Source of the DNA: Patescibacteria group bacterium
GTDB lineage: Bacteria; Patescibacteriota; Minisyncoccia; Portnoybacterales; UBA2143
Length of the DNA: 64,000 nucleotides
Reading direction: 5' to 3'
Assembly (NCBI GenBank): GCA_018830295.1
Contig: JAHJSM010000001.1
Span: 129,980-193,979, forward strand
The notes under the pieces are model-generated. The model did no database searches, was not told the origin of the DNA, and saw nothing but the letters and a program-made list of their open reading frames with translations. Numbering within the stretch: the first letter of the stretch is position 1; each line of letters starts with the position of its first letter. Positions 10,422-19,554 of this stretch are shown here, one piece after another. The position numbers and the translations under genes were made by a program.

Positions 10422-11542
10422 AACCCTATCATTTCCCCAATTATCTTCTCCTTCCCAAATCTTTCTTTGACCATTTTCCTCCCCGCCTCTCCTATTTCTC
10501 TCGCTTTTTCAGAATTGTTAAGTAAAAACAAAATCTTTTTAGCCAAAGCAACGCTGTCACCCACTGGAACTAAAAATCCATTCACGCCGTCAACAACAAT
10601 TTCTTTGGAGCCCGTCGTTGTTGTCGCAACCACTGGCAATCCGGCCGCCATCGCCTCAATCAAAACCTTGCCAAAACTTTCATTACACGAAGAAGAAACA
10701 TAAACATCGGAACTGTGGTAATAATTAATTAATTCCTTTTGGTTAATTTCTCCAACGCAAGTCAAGATTAAATTCTCGCTCTCTTTTGTTCTATCTTGAA
10801 GACAAATCCCCGCTCCGATTTGGCAAAAAGCCAAATTCCCGTATTTTTCATGAACCAAGTTAATCGTCTTGAATAAAGTCGGATAGTCCTTAGCGGAAGC
10901 ATCGCGCAGTCCAATATTGATAATTGTTTTATAATTCTTGTTTTTTAATCTTAATTCCTCCACTTTCTTCTCGTCGTCCTTTTCAAATTTTTCCAAATCA
11001 ACCGGCGTTGAAATAACTCTAATCTTATCTTTGGGAACATCCGCCCTAACTAATTTATCCTTAATCCCCGCGCTTACGACCCGAATTCCATCGGCTCCAT
11101 CAACCAAAAATTTGCTCAAAAAAAGCAAGAGCCAATTATACCAAAACAAATGCCACCATTTTTTGGGCTTGTTTAGCCAATGTTTGTTCTCCCAAAAATC
11201 GCCGTGAAAATGAATTAAAAGAGGCGTCTTAAATCTTTTCTTCAACAACCAGCCCGTCAATCCAGTTAAAAATGGGTCCTGACAAACAATCAAATCAAAT
11301 CTGTCTGGGAAATAGATATTTTTGGCAATTTGAAAAGCGTCCCAAATATAATTTAACTTAGCGGTTGAATTAGTTGGATAGACAGCCAAAGAACCGCTCG
11401 CCGCCTTTCTAAATCCTTTTTTAGAAAAAACAATAATATCCAATTTCCCCGCTCTCCGCGCATATTCCAAATGACGCTCAAAAGCGTCGCCGCTCTCGGC
11501 GCTTAACAATGTCCTGTCTGTGCTAACCATTAAAACTCTCAT
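10391..11542 (-). CDS. GT4 glycosyltransferase
   Basis: ESFGKVLIEAMAAGLPVV. Confidence 0.9.
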   Translation of the reverse strand: MRVLMVSTDRTLLSAESGDAFERHLEYARRAGKLDIIVFSKKGFRKAASGSLAVYPTNSTAKLNYIWDAFQIAKNIYFPDRFDLIVCQDPFLTGLTGWLLKKRFKTPLLIHFHGDFWENKHWLNKPKKWWHLFWYNWLLLFLSKFLVDGADGIRVVSAGIKDKLVRADVPKDKIRVISTPVDLEKFEKDDEKKVEELRLKNKNYKTIINIGLRDASAKDYPTLFKTINLVHEKYGNLAFCQIGAGICLQDRTKESENLILTCVGEINQKELINYYHSSDVYVSSSCNESFGKVLIEAMAAGLPVVATTTTGSKEIVVDGVNGFLVPVGDSVALAKKILFLLNNSEKAREIGEAGRKMVKERFGKEKIIGEMIGFWKNINKKQL

Positions 11543-11696
11543 ATTTTTCTTGCGCAGGATGTCTTAGGAACCAGATATTAGTTTGTTCCTTATGTATAGT
11601 TCAAATCACACCAAAAGTTATGTCAACTGCAAAAGTATTGCTTGTTCATAATTCTTATTATCCCTATCATATCCCATCAACCATACTCGGTCAATC

Positions 11697-11724
11697 AAAA
11701 AATCCACTCTCAAAAGGGCGGATT
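11697..11724 (-). terminator. Probable intrinsic terminator after DUF2335 gene
   Basis: Minus strand AATCCGCCCT-TTTG-AGAGTGGATT followed by TTTT. Confidence 0.55.
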
Positions 11725-11750
11725 TTGAAAAAATTATAACAGATTTTTAT

Positions 11751-12179
11751 TTACTTTTTGGTCTCTAATACTCTTTTCGCGCCTTCTCTTTCTTGCCTTC
11801 TTTCTCGCGAACCATACACAAAAACACCCACCAACGAACTTAAAGTAGAAAACCCTATTACACCGCTCAATACTGGATGCCCGAAAATAGCAATAGTTAC
11901 AGTGGCTAAAATTCCTGCTAATCCTATAATTAAACCAAAAACTAAACCCAATTTTGAATTTTTAATATCAGATCCGATAACCATGCTTTCTATTTCTCTC
12001 CTGTGTTTGGATTGACTCTCAGCCATGGTTAGAATTCTTTCAGCCGCTCCAGACACAATTTGATCGTATTGCTCTAAAACAACAGGTGGTGGCAAAGGTC
12101 CGCTACTGAAATGAGCTGTTGCTCGTCCAACAACAACTTGATGATTATTTAATGTCTTTGTCTTTGTTTTCTTGCTCAT
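11751..12179 (-). CDS. DUF2335 family membrane protein
   Basis: SGPLPPPVVLEQYDQIVSGAAERILTMAE..SKHR signature plus two TM helices; start set at MSKKTK. Confidence 0.8.
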   Translation of the reverse strand: MSKKTKTKTLNNHQVVVGRATAHFSSGPLPPPVVLEQYDQIVSGAAERILTMAESQSKHRREIESMVIGSDIKNSKLGLVFGLIIGLAGILATVTIAIFGHPVLSGVIGFSTLSSLVGVFVYGSRERRQEREGAKRVLETKK

Positions 12180-12372
12180 ATTTATTAATTGACATTCTGA
12201 TATCGTCACCTACTGCTATCCAGTCATTTAATAATGCTATATAATCTGCTTCATCGGCAGTCTTACTTTTATTGTAAATTTGAAGATTCGCCCCCAAATC
12301 CAAAACATGCGCTACGCCTCCAATAAAAGATGGTCTAGCGAAAAGATAAAATGTTGAACTTTTTTCATTCAT
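12145..12372 (-). CDS. Small hypothetical protein, partner of DUF2335
   Basis: 75 aa, PSFIGG...DYIALLNDWIAVGDDI; overlaps DUF2335 start. Confidence 0.65.
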   Translation of the reverse strand: MNEKSSTFYLFARPSFIGGVAHVLDLGANLQIYNKSKTADEADYIALLNDWIAVGDDIRMSINKYEQENKDKDIK

Positions 12373-12438
12373 AATAATTATTTCTATAATAGCATATTTT
12401 AACAGAAATAGACAATACCTTTTATCACATCTGACTGA

Positions 12439-13887
12439 TTAACCTCCCACAACAAAACGCCTTGCGATTTTAAATTCAATCGGCCATTTGAAAAATTTTA
12501 ACTTCCAGCGGAGTTTGCAAACGAGGATGAATAATAATTTAAGAAGCTTATTTGACTTGACTGTTGAACCGAGCGCGCTTTTGATTGAATGGGCGCCAAA
12601 TCTGACGAACGCTTCCAACGATTCCACAAAATCAGGGTCTTCCAGCCATGGAAAATTTTGAACATTCAAATAATTTAATTCATCTTTGACTCGGCTTTCC
12701 CAATCATCAAGCGACTTTGGCTCCTCCCAGCCGGCTTCCAAACATTCGCGATAAAGTTCCGAACCCGGATAAGGGCGGAACGCTTGCGGGCCAAGGATTT
12801 GAATTTTATCGCTCAATTTCGCCAATTCATCAATTAGTTTAAGCGTCTCCATCGCTTCACTCCTTGTTTCGCCCGGCAAGCCGACCATAAAAGAATACTG
12901 CGGAATGATGCCAATAGCAAGGCACATCTTCGCCGAATTAATCACATCCTCGGGCATAATATCCTTTTTAATCTTCTTCAAAATTCTCGGACAGCCCGAT
13001 TCCGCGCCAAAGGATAAAAGATAACAGCCAGATTTTTTGAGTTTGCCCAAAAAATTCTCATCAATCATTCCCTCTCTTAAGTAATTTGCCCTGACGGTCG
13101 TTTCCCAGGGAGTAATTAAATTTTTTTCTATCATGCCCTCAATAATTTTTTTCGCTCTTTCAATCTCAACAAAAAAGTTTTCATCCCAAAAACGCAATTT
13201 CTTCCCTTTAAAATACGGCTTTTCTTGAATAATTCTTAAATCCTCCAAAACCTGTTCGGCCGTTCTCGGCCGCCATTTATTTTTCAAAATCGCGTTGATG
13301 CAAAATGTGCAGCGATGAGGACACCCGCGAGAAGTTAACGAGGGGACTAAATGTAAACTGTCTAAAATCTCTTTGGGCATTAAATCCCAATTAAACAAAG
13401 GCATTTCCGCGGGATTGTGAAGCGCCTGCGGCTTGTTGATAACAACCTCGCCATTTTTCTTGTAGGCGATTCCGTCCACTTCTGACAAATCCCTCCCCTC
13501 CGCGATATGCCCCATAACCAATTCCCCTTCGCCATAGCAAACAGCGTCTATTAAGGGGTGCGCCGCCGTCTGCTCAACAAAAAAACTCGGATGGGCGCCG
13601 CCCCAAATAATTTTACAATTAGAATTTATTCTTTTTATTAAACGACTCGCCTCCAAAGCGCCCGGCGCCTGCGTCGTCATAACCGAAATCCCCGCGTAAT
13701 CGCAATTTTTAATTTCTTTCTCAACCAAATCCAAATAATTCTCCTGCCTCACGCCATCAACAATCACCACTTCTACGCCTCGACTATCCAAATATGTCCC
13801 AATACTCAAAAGCCCCACCGAAATGGAACTATCATAATTCTCCTTATTAACATTAAATGGAGGATTAATAAGTAAAACTTTTGTCAT
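12439..13887 (-). CDS. B12-binding domain radical SAM protein (class B methyltransferase-like)
   Basis: LLINPP, WGGAHPS, YGEGE, TSRGCPHRCTFC, FWDENF, GAESG. Confidence 0.9.
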   Translation of the reverse strand: MTKVLLINPPFNVNKENYDSSISVGLLSIGTYLDSRGVEVVIVDGVRQENYLDLVEKEIKNCDYAGISVMTTQAPGALEASRLIKRINSNCKIIWGGAHPSFFVEQTAAHPLIDAVCYGEGELVMGHIAEGRDLSEVDGIAYKKNGEVVINKPQALHNPAEMPLFNWDLMPKEILDSLHLVPSLTSRGCPHRCTFCINAILKNKWRPRTAEQVLEDLRIIQEKPYFKGKKLRFWDENFFVEIERAKKIIEGMIEKNLITPWETTVRANYLREGMIDENFLGKLKKSGCYLLSFGAESGCPRILKKIKKDIMPEDVINSAKMCLAIGIIPQYSFMVGLPGETRSEAMETLKLIDELAKLSDKIQILGPQAFRPYPGSELYRECLEAGWEEPKSLDDWESRVKDELNYLNVQNFPWLEDPDFVESLEAFVRFGAHSIKSALGSTVKSNKLLKLLFILVCKLRWKLKFFKWPIEFKIARRFVVGG

Positions 13888-13968
13888 AAAAAAATATTTA
13901 TTTTATTTCGAAAATTCCCGGAAAAACTTTATGAAATAAAGTTTTGAGGATTTAATTGGAGAAATAAA

Positions 13969-15126
13969 TTAAATATTTATTGCTCCTTCAAAAACATTTA
14001 TCGTCTCCTCAACCAAATTATCCCAACTAAACCTCTTCAAATCCTCGCGCGCTTGTTTGGCTAATTTTCCCGCCAAATCTGGCTTATCCAAAATTGAAAT
14101 AATCGCTTCTAACCATTGTTTCTTATCTCTGTAATCAACCAAAAGCCCCGTCTCCCCGTTCTTAATCGTCTCTGGATTTCCGCCCGCCTTAGTCGTAATA
14201 ATGGGCGCGCCCATTTTCATCGCCTCTAAAAGCGTGTGCGACATTCCTTCGTAATTTGTGTTTAAAACAAAAACATCCGCCGCGCGCAAGTAGTCAACAA
14301 CCTCCCGCCGACCCAATTTTCCCGCAAAAAAAACGCTTTCCCGCAAACCAAGCTCCTTGCTCATTTTTTTCAAATTTTCCATTTCTGGTCCTTGCCCGAC
14401 AACAACAAATTTAATCTTTTTGTACCTTTCAACCAACTGCGGCATAATTTCAATAATCGTATCCACGCCCTTCCAAGGCGCCAGCCGGGCCACCGTCAAA
14501 ATCATTTTACCCTCATTCGGAGGTCGAACCTCCGAATTTTCTGTCGTATCTAAAAAATCAATTGAATTGTAAATAACTTTAATTTTTTCGCCAGCAACGC
14601 CAATTTGTTCAGCCAATTTTTCCAAAAAATGACTGACGACAATAACTCGGTCTGAACTCATTAATATTTTTCTTCTGATTTTCTTCCTTAATTCTATTCT
14701 CCAAGAATATTTTTTTTCCTGAAAAACCGCAATATCGTCATCGCCAATCAATCCGCGCGCTGAAGCGATTTCCCAAGCCGAATCTCCGACAAATCTATTG
14801 ACCAGCGGCTTTCTCAAAACTTTTTTAAGCGCCAAACCTGTCAATCCAGCCGTATATAAATCGTAACTATAAACAATATCCGACCTCGAAGCCAAAACAA
14901 ATCCGCTTATTAAATAAAGAAAACTTTTCAAAAAAGCGGGCCATTTATTAGAAATTCTTTTAACAAAATAAGGATACTGAACGCCATCCGCTTCGCCAAA
15001 CGACAAAACGCGAATTGTGTATCCTTTCTTAATCAACTCCCGCGCCAAAGCGTCCAGCTGCGTCGCCGGCCCCCCAATATCAGGAGGAAAAACCCCGCTC
15101 AAAATTAAAATCCTATTTTTCTTCAT
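13969..15126 (-). CDS. GT4 glycosyltransferase
   Basis: FPPDIGGPAT, EGMSHTLLEAM. Confidence 0.9.
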   Translation of the reverse strand: MKKNRILILSGVFPPDIGGPATQLDALARELIKKGYTIRVLSFGEADGVQYPYFVKRISNKWPAFLKSFLYLISGFVLASRSDIVYSYDLYTAGLTGLALKKVLRKPLVNRFVGDSAWEIASARGLIGDDDIAVFQEKKYSWRIELRKKIRRKILMSSDRVIVVSHFLEKLAEQIGVAGEKIKVIYNSIDFLDTTENSEVRPPNEGKMILTVARLAPWKGVDTIIEIMPQLVERYKKIKFVVVGQGPEMENLKKMSKELGLRESVFFAGKLGRREVVDYLRAADVFVLNTNYEGMSHTLLEAMKMGAPIITTKAGGNPETIKNGETGLLVDYRDKKQWLEAIISILDKPDLAGKLAKQAREDLKRFSWDNLVEETINVFEGAINI

Positions 15127-16237
15127 TAGTAATTTTCAAAAAAATCCGCTCCATCTCCCTACCTATTTTATCCCAATCATATTTCTCCCTAACCAATCTT
15201 AGCCCATTGTCTGTCAAAATTTTTCTTAATTCCCCATCCTCTAAAATCTTTTTAATTTTTTCGGCGATACTTTGGGGATTTTGAACTTCGCAAAATAAAC
15301 CTGTCTCGCCATCTTCCAAAAAATCGGGAATGCCGCCAACGAGCGTTCCAATTACGGGCAAACCTGAAGCCATCGCTTCCAGAAAAACATTTCCCAGTCC
15401 TTCCGACAAAGAAGGTCTGACAAAAACATCCGCCATAGAATAATATTTAGGCAAATCGCTATGGCTAATATGCCCAAGAAATAATACTTTATCTTGAAGA
15501 TTTAATTCCTCCGCCAAGTTCTTTAATTTTTTTTCATCAGGCCCTTCGCCGGCAATCAAAATCTTAAAAGGAAAATCCAAATATCGCCCCGCCCCAATCA
15601 AATCCTCAACCCCATTCTTCCCAACCAACCGCGAAACCGTCAAAATCAGTTTTTTATTATCTTTAATCTTTAATTTGTTTTTGAAATCTTTAATTGAAAA
15701 TTTAGTAATGTCCACCCCATTAGGAATCACCTCGCCCGCTTTCGCCCCCATTTTTAACGCCCAATCATACAAAAAGCCGCTAATCGCCTGAAAATAGTCC
15801 GCTCTCTGAAAAATCTGCTCAAACCATTTCTTAAAAACTCCGACTCTTCCCAAAATATACTCCGGCGTATCGCCTTCTTGTAGAGTCAAAAGCCATGGTT
15901 TGTTTGGATATTTTTTCTTAAACCGCAAACCCAAAAATCCGCCAAAGGAAGCCATAATTGACCATGTCAAATCATAATTGTTTTCCTTTTCCAATTGCTT
16001 CGCCTTCTGAAGCCCTAAAAAAGGCAAAAGATATTTATCAAAACCAAAGCCAAAACCAATCCGATAGATATTAACATTACCCACCCTCTCAAAATCAGCC
16101 AACCCGCGCTTGATTTTGGCAGTAATCATATCAAACCGCCAATCGGGCAGCCGTTTCGTAATCTCATCAACGGCCACCTCCGCCCCCCCGACCAAAGGCA
16201 AATACGCTGTGGAAAAAACAAGTATTTTCTTATTCAC
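15113..16237 (-). CDS. GT4 glycosyltransferase
   Basis: YLPLVGGAE, EGLGNVFLEAMASGLPVI; GTG start. Confidence 0.9.
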   Translation of the reverse strand: MNKKILVFSTAYLPLVGGAEVAVDEITKRLPDWRFDMITAKIKRGLADFERVGNVNIYRIGFGFGFDKYLLPFLGLQKAKQLEKENNYDLTWSIMASFGGFLGLRFKKKYPNKPWLLTLQEGDTPEYILGRVGVFKKWFEQIFQRADYFQAISGFLYDWALKMGAKAGEVIPNGVDITKFSIKDFKNKLKIKDNKKLILTVSRLVGKNGVEDLIGAGRYLDFPFKILIAGEGPDEKKLKNLAEELNLQDKVLFLGHISHSDLPKYYSMADVFVRPSLSEGLGNVFLEAMASGLPVIGTLVGGIPDFLEDGETGLFCEVQNPQSIAEKIKKILEDGELRKILTDNGLRLVREKYDWDKIGREMERIFLKITNEEK

Positions 16238-16247
16238 ATTTTTATGC

Positions 16248-16276
16248 TTGACAAGCGATTAATTTATTGATACCCT
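16248..16276 (+). promoter_or_regulatory. Sigma70-like promoter pointing at the structured RNA
   Basis: TTGACA (16248-16253), 17 bp spacer, TACCCT (16271-16276) preceded by TGn; no plausible plus-strand CDS follows. Confidence 0.55.
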
Positions 16277-16282
16277 ATTTAA

Positions 16283-16360
16283 TAAGGAATTGCTTCCAAG
16301 TTGAACTGTGGCGTTTATCGTCGCGTTTCCGTAAGGAATAAACTTGGAAGTTTTTTATTT
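16283..16360 (+). ncRNA. Candidate DUF3800-associated structured small RNA
   Basis: 10 bp closing stem CTTCCAAGTT/AACTTGGAAG enclosing GTGGCG-TTTAT-CGTCGC (G-U pairs work on plus strand only) and TTCC-GTAA-GGAA (GNRA loop), then a T-run; ends approximate. Confidence 0.6.
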
Positions 16361-16987
16361 GGGCCAAATTTGCACATAAATTTCTCTATGAGCGACAATT
16401 TTTCTATAATCTTTAGCAAATTTTTTATTTTTCTGGATAGATCTGTTTATAACACCAGCAACATAGTCAGCCAATTGCAACAAATTATTGCTTTCCGACC
16501 TCTGCATTTTTAACTTTTTTATCAATTTTTTATCCCCTTCATTCATTCTTTTTCTTAGGTATTTTGTTAATTGCCTTCTAAAATCTAAATTGCCGCTCTT
16601 ATCAACTACAATAATAGCGTTCTCTAATTTGTCTTTCGCGTTCTGAAAAACTAATCCGCATGCGTATTTATAAAATGACTCTTTGTTGCGAAACCCATCG
16701 CCCCATAATTTTTTAGGGTCTTTGTTAATAACAACTCCATAATAAAAGAAATTATAAGGAGCAACGGCCTGTAAAAATGCTCTGCGAACTTTATCAGAAT
16801 TTCTTTTGAAGTGGAATTCGCTATTGTCAGACCATCCTAATTCTTTTTTCAAAAGAGCAATTTTTTGGTCGCAAAATAATGCTTCCTCTCTGTCTTCAAA
16901 AACAACCAAGGCAATCGTAAAAAATTTACTAGAACCTTTTTCTGTTTTCAAACCAGAATCCCCAGATTCATCAATAAAAATTAACAT
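16355..16987 (-). CDS. DUF3800 family protein (RNase H-like fold)
   Basis: N-terminal IFIDESGD, EFHF, C-terminal LQLADYVAG. Confidence 0.88.
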   Translation of the reverse strand: MLIFIDESGDSGLKTEKGSSKFFTIALVVFEDREEALFCDQKIALLKKELGWSDNSEFHFKRNSDKVRRAFLQAVAPYNFFYYGVVINKDPKKLWGDGFRNKESFYKYACGLVFQNAKDKLENAIIVVDKSGNLDFRRQLTKYLRKRMNEGDKKLIKKLKMQRSESNNLLQLADYVAGVINRSIQKNKKFAKDYRKIVAHREIYVQIWPK

Positions 16988-17032
16988 CTTAAAACTTGAT
17001 TATAAACCACATTAAGTTTAATATACTATAAA

Positions 17033-18136
17033 ATGACCCAAAAATCAATTTTATACATCATCACCAAATCGGTCTGGGGCGGCGCGGCAAAATATGTCTA
17101 TGATTTAGCGACTCATCTTCCAAAAAGCGAATTTCAGATTACTGTCGCCGCGGGCGGAAAGGAAAAATTCGCCCAAAAAATAGCCCAAGCCCAAATTCCT
17201 TATATTGAAATAGCAAATTTCCAACGCCAAATTAGTTTTTTTAGAGAATTTTTCGCTTTTTTTGAAATCTTATCCCTTCTTTCCCGACTAAAACCCGATA
17301 TTATTCATGTTAACAGTTCCAAAGCGGGAGGCGTTGTCGGCGCGGCCGCCTGGTTTTATAAAATTTTCAGCCGGCGCTCGCCTCGCCTTATCTTCACCGC
17401 CCACGGATGGGCTTTTTCGGAAGACCGACCCAAAATACAAATTATTTTAATTAAAATAATTAGCAGAATAACCGCTTTGTTTTACCATCAAATAATCTGC
17501 GTTTCCGAATACGATCGCCAAACCGCCCTCAAAAACAAAATCGCCCCGGCGCGCAAACTAAAAACAATCCACAACGGAATTGATTTTGAAGCAATCTCAT
17601 TTCTCCCCCGCGAAGAAGCCCAAAGAAAACTAATCAACAAAACCTCACCCTTAGTCATCGGAACAATCGCCGAATGGACAAAAAACAAAGGGTTAAAATA
17701 CCTCTTAGAAGCGGTTAAAAAAATTAAAGATAAAGAATTTGATATAATTTTTATCGGCAGCGGAGAAAATCCCGACAAAAAACAAATCCAAGAATTAGTT
17801 GAAAAACACCCCCTCAAAAAAAATATCCACCTAATTGAATTCGTTGAAAACGCCGCCGCCTATCTCAAGGCATTTGACATTTTCGTCCTCCCCTCCCTCA
17901 AAGAAGGCCTGCCCTACACTATCTTAGAAGCCATGGCTGCTGAAGTGCCAATTATAGCCACTAATGTTGGTGGAATACCAGAAATACTTTCTTTAAATTT
18001 AATCCAACCAAAAAACAGCCAACAATTGGCTGAAAAAATTAAATACTTTATTAATAACCGCGAAAATATCAAACAAAAAATATCAAGCAAATTCTCTCTC
18101 GAAAAAATGGTCAAAGAAACAAAAGAACTTTATTAG
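17033..18136 (+). CDS. GT4 glycosyltransferase
   Basis: ITKSVWGGA, HVNSSKAG, EGLPYTILEAMAA. Confidence 0.9.
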   Translation: MTQKSILYIITKSVWGGAAKYVYDLATHLPKSEFQITVAAGGKEKFAQKIAQAQIPYIEIANFQRQISFFREFFAFFEILSLLSRLKPDIIHVNSSKAGGVVGAAAWFYKIFSRRSPRLIFTAHGWAFSEDRPKIQIILIKIISRITALFYHQIICVSEYDRQTALKNKIAPARKLKTIHNGIDFEAISFLPREEAQRKLINKTSPLVIGTIAEWTKNKGLKYLLEAVKKIKDKEFDIIFIGSGENPDKKQIQELVEKHPLKKNIHLIEFVENAAAYLKAFDIFVLPSLKEGLPYTILEAMAAEVPIIATNVGGIPEILSLNLIQPKNSQQLAEKIKYFINNRENIKQKISSKFSLEKMVKETKELY

Positions 18137-18145
18137 ATCTCAAAA

Positions 18146-19522
18146 ATGAAAATTATCCTCGTTTCTCCCTCATTCAATGTTCACACGATCGCGCCTCCTT
18201 TGGGGTTGGGCTACATCGCTTCAGTCCTTTTGGATAACGGCCATCAAGTTGAAATCCTGGATCCTTCAAGAAAAAAACTGTCTCTTGATGATGTCGCGGA
18301 AATTATAATCTCCGCGAACCCTGATGTCTTGGGCTTAAGCATTCTTACCTCCAGATACAACGCCAGCAAAGAATTAATCGCTAAAGTTAAAGAAAAGTCG
18401 CCTCAAATTAAAACTATTGTTGGCGGAGCCCATATTTCCGCCCTGCCCGAAATATCAGTTAAAGACATTAAAGCCGATTACGGCGCGATAGGAGAAGGAG
18501 AATATATTTTACTTGAACTTTTAGAACATCTTCAAGGAAAGAGAAAATTGGAAGATATTCTTGGTCTTGTCTATTGGCAAAACGAAATCATTAAAATCAA
18601 TCCCCGAAGACCCAATATTGAAAACTTGGATTCAATTCCCTTTCCAGCCTGGCATCTGATGGATCCCCGAGAATATCCACCTATGCCCCATCAATTCTTT
18701 TTTAAAAAGTATCCCGTGGCTCCGATCATGACCACGCGGGGTTGCCCTCATCTTTGCAGTTTTTGCGCGGCGGAATCAATTTGGGGCAGAAAATACAGAA
18801 CCAGAAGCGTTAAAAATATTGTTGATGAAATTGAACTATTAGTCACTAAATATGGCGTTAAAGAAATACATATTGAAGACGATAATTTTACTTTAATTAA
18901 AAAACACGCCTTAGATGTTTGCAACGAAATCATCAGACGAAAATTAAACATTGTCTGGAAATGCCCCAATGGCGTTCGGGCTGACAGTTTAGATGAAGAA
19001 TTGCTGGCGAAAATGAAAGAATCTGGTTGTTATCAATTGGCTTTTGGCATTGAATCGGGCAATCAAGAAATACTTAACAGCGTTAATAAGCGGCTTGATC
19101 TTAAAATCATACCGGGAGCGGTTAAAAGAGCCAAAGCGGCTGGGTTGGAAGTCCACGGGTTCTTTATGATTGGCTTTCCAGGCGAAACATACCAAACAGC
19201 CATGGACACAATCAAGTTTTCCAGATCCATCGGTCTTGATGTGGCCAATTATGCCACTTTGGCTTACTTGCCCGGGTCGGCTGTCTTTAAAGAATGGATC
19301 AAAAATAAAAAGACTGAGTCCATGGATTGGGGCAGTTTTAATTACTACACGCCCCAAGACACAGTCGGTCTTACTGCGGATCAACTTAAAAAAATTCAAA
19401 GAAAAGCCCTTCTCCGATTTTACTTCTCGCCCAAGGTCTTAATCAGCCACCTTTTGAAATTAAAACTCAAACAGATACCTTACTTGCCTCGAGCCATCTT
19501 TGATTATTTGATTGGAAATTAA
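18146..19522 (+). CDS. B12-binding domain radical SAM protein (class B methyltransferase-like)
   Basis: PPLGLGYIAS, VGGAH, GEGE, TTRGCPHLCSFC, EDDNF, GIESG. Confidence 0.92.
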   Translation: MKIILVSPSFNVHTIAPPLGLGYIASVLLDNGHQVEILDPSRKKLSLDDVAEIIISANPDVLGLSILTSRYNASKELIAKVKEKSPQIKTIVGGAHISALPEISVKDIKADYGAIGEGEYILLELLEHLQGKRKLEDILGLVYWQNEIIKINPRRPNIENLDSIPFPAWHLMDPREYPPMPHQFFFKKYPVAPIMTTRGCPHLCSFCAAESIWGRKYRTRSVKNIVDEIELLVTKYGVKEIHIEDDNFTLIKKHALDVCNEIIRRKLNIVWKCPNGVRADSLDEELLAKMKESGCYQLAFGIESGNQEILNSVNKRLDLKIIPGAVKRAKAAGLEVHGFFMIGFPGETYQTAMDTIKFSRSIGLDVANYATLAYLPGSAVFKEWIKNKKTESMDWGSFNYYTPQDTVGLTADQLKKIQRKALLRFYFSPKVLISHLLKLKLKQIPYLPRAIFDYLIGN

Positions 19523-19554
19523 AAAATTTAGCCAAACAAAAAACGCGCGACAAA

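Noticed and set aside
16293-16350. Hammerhead ribozyme or tRNA
   Set aside because: Three-way junction lacks CUGANGA/GAAA core; no cloverleaf or T-loop
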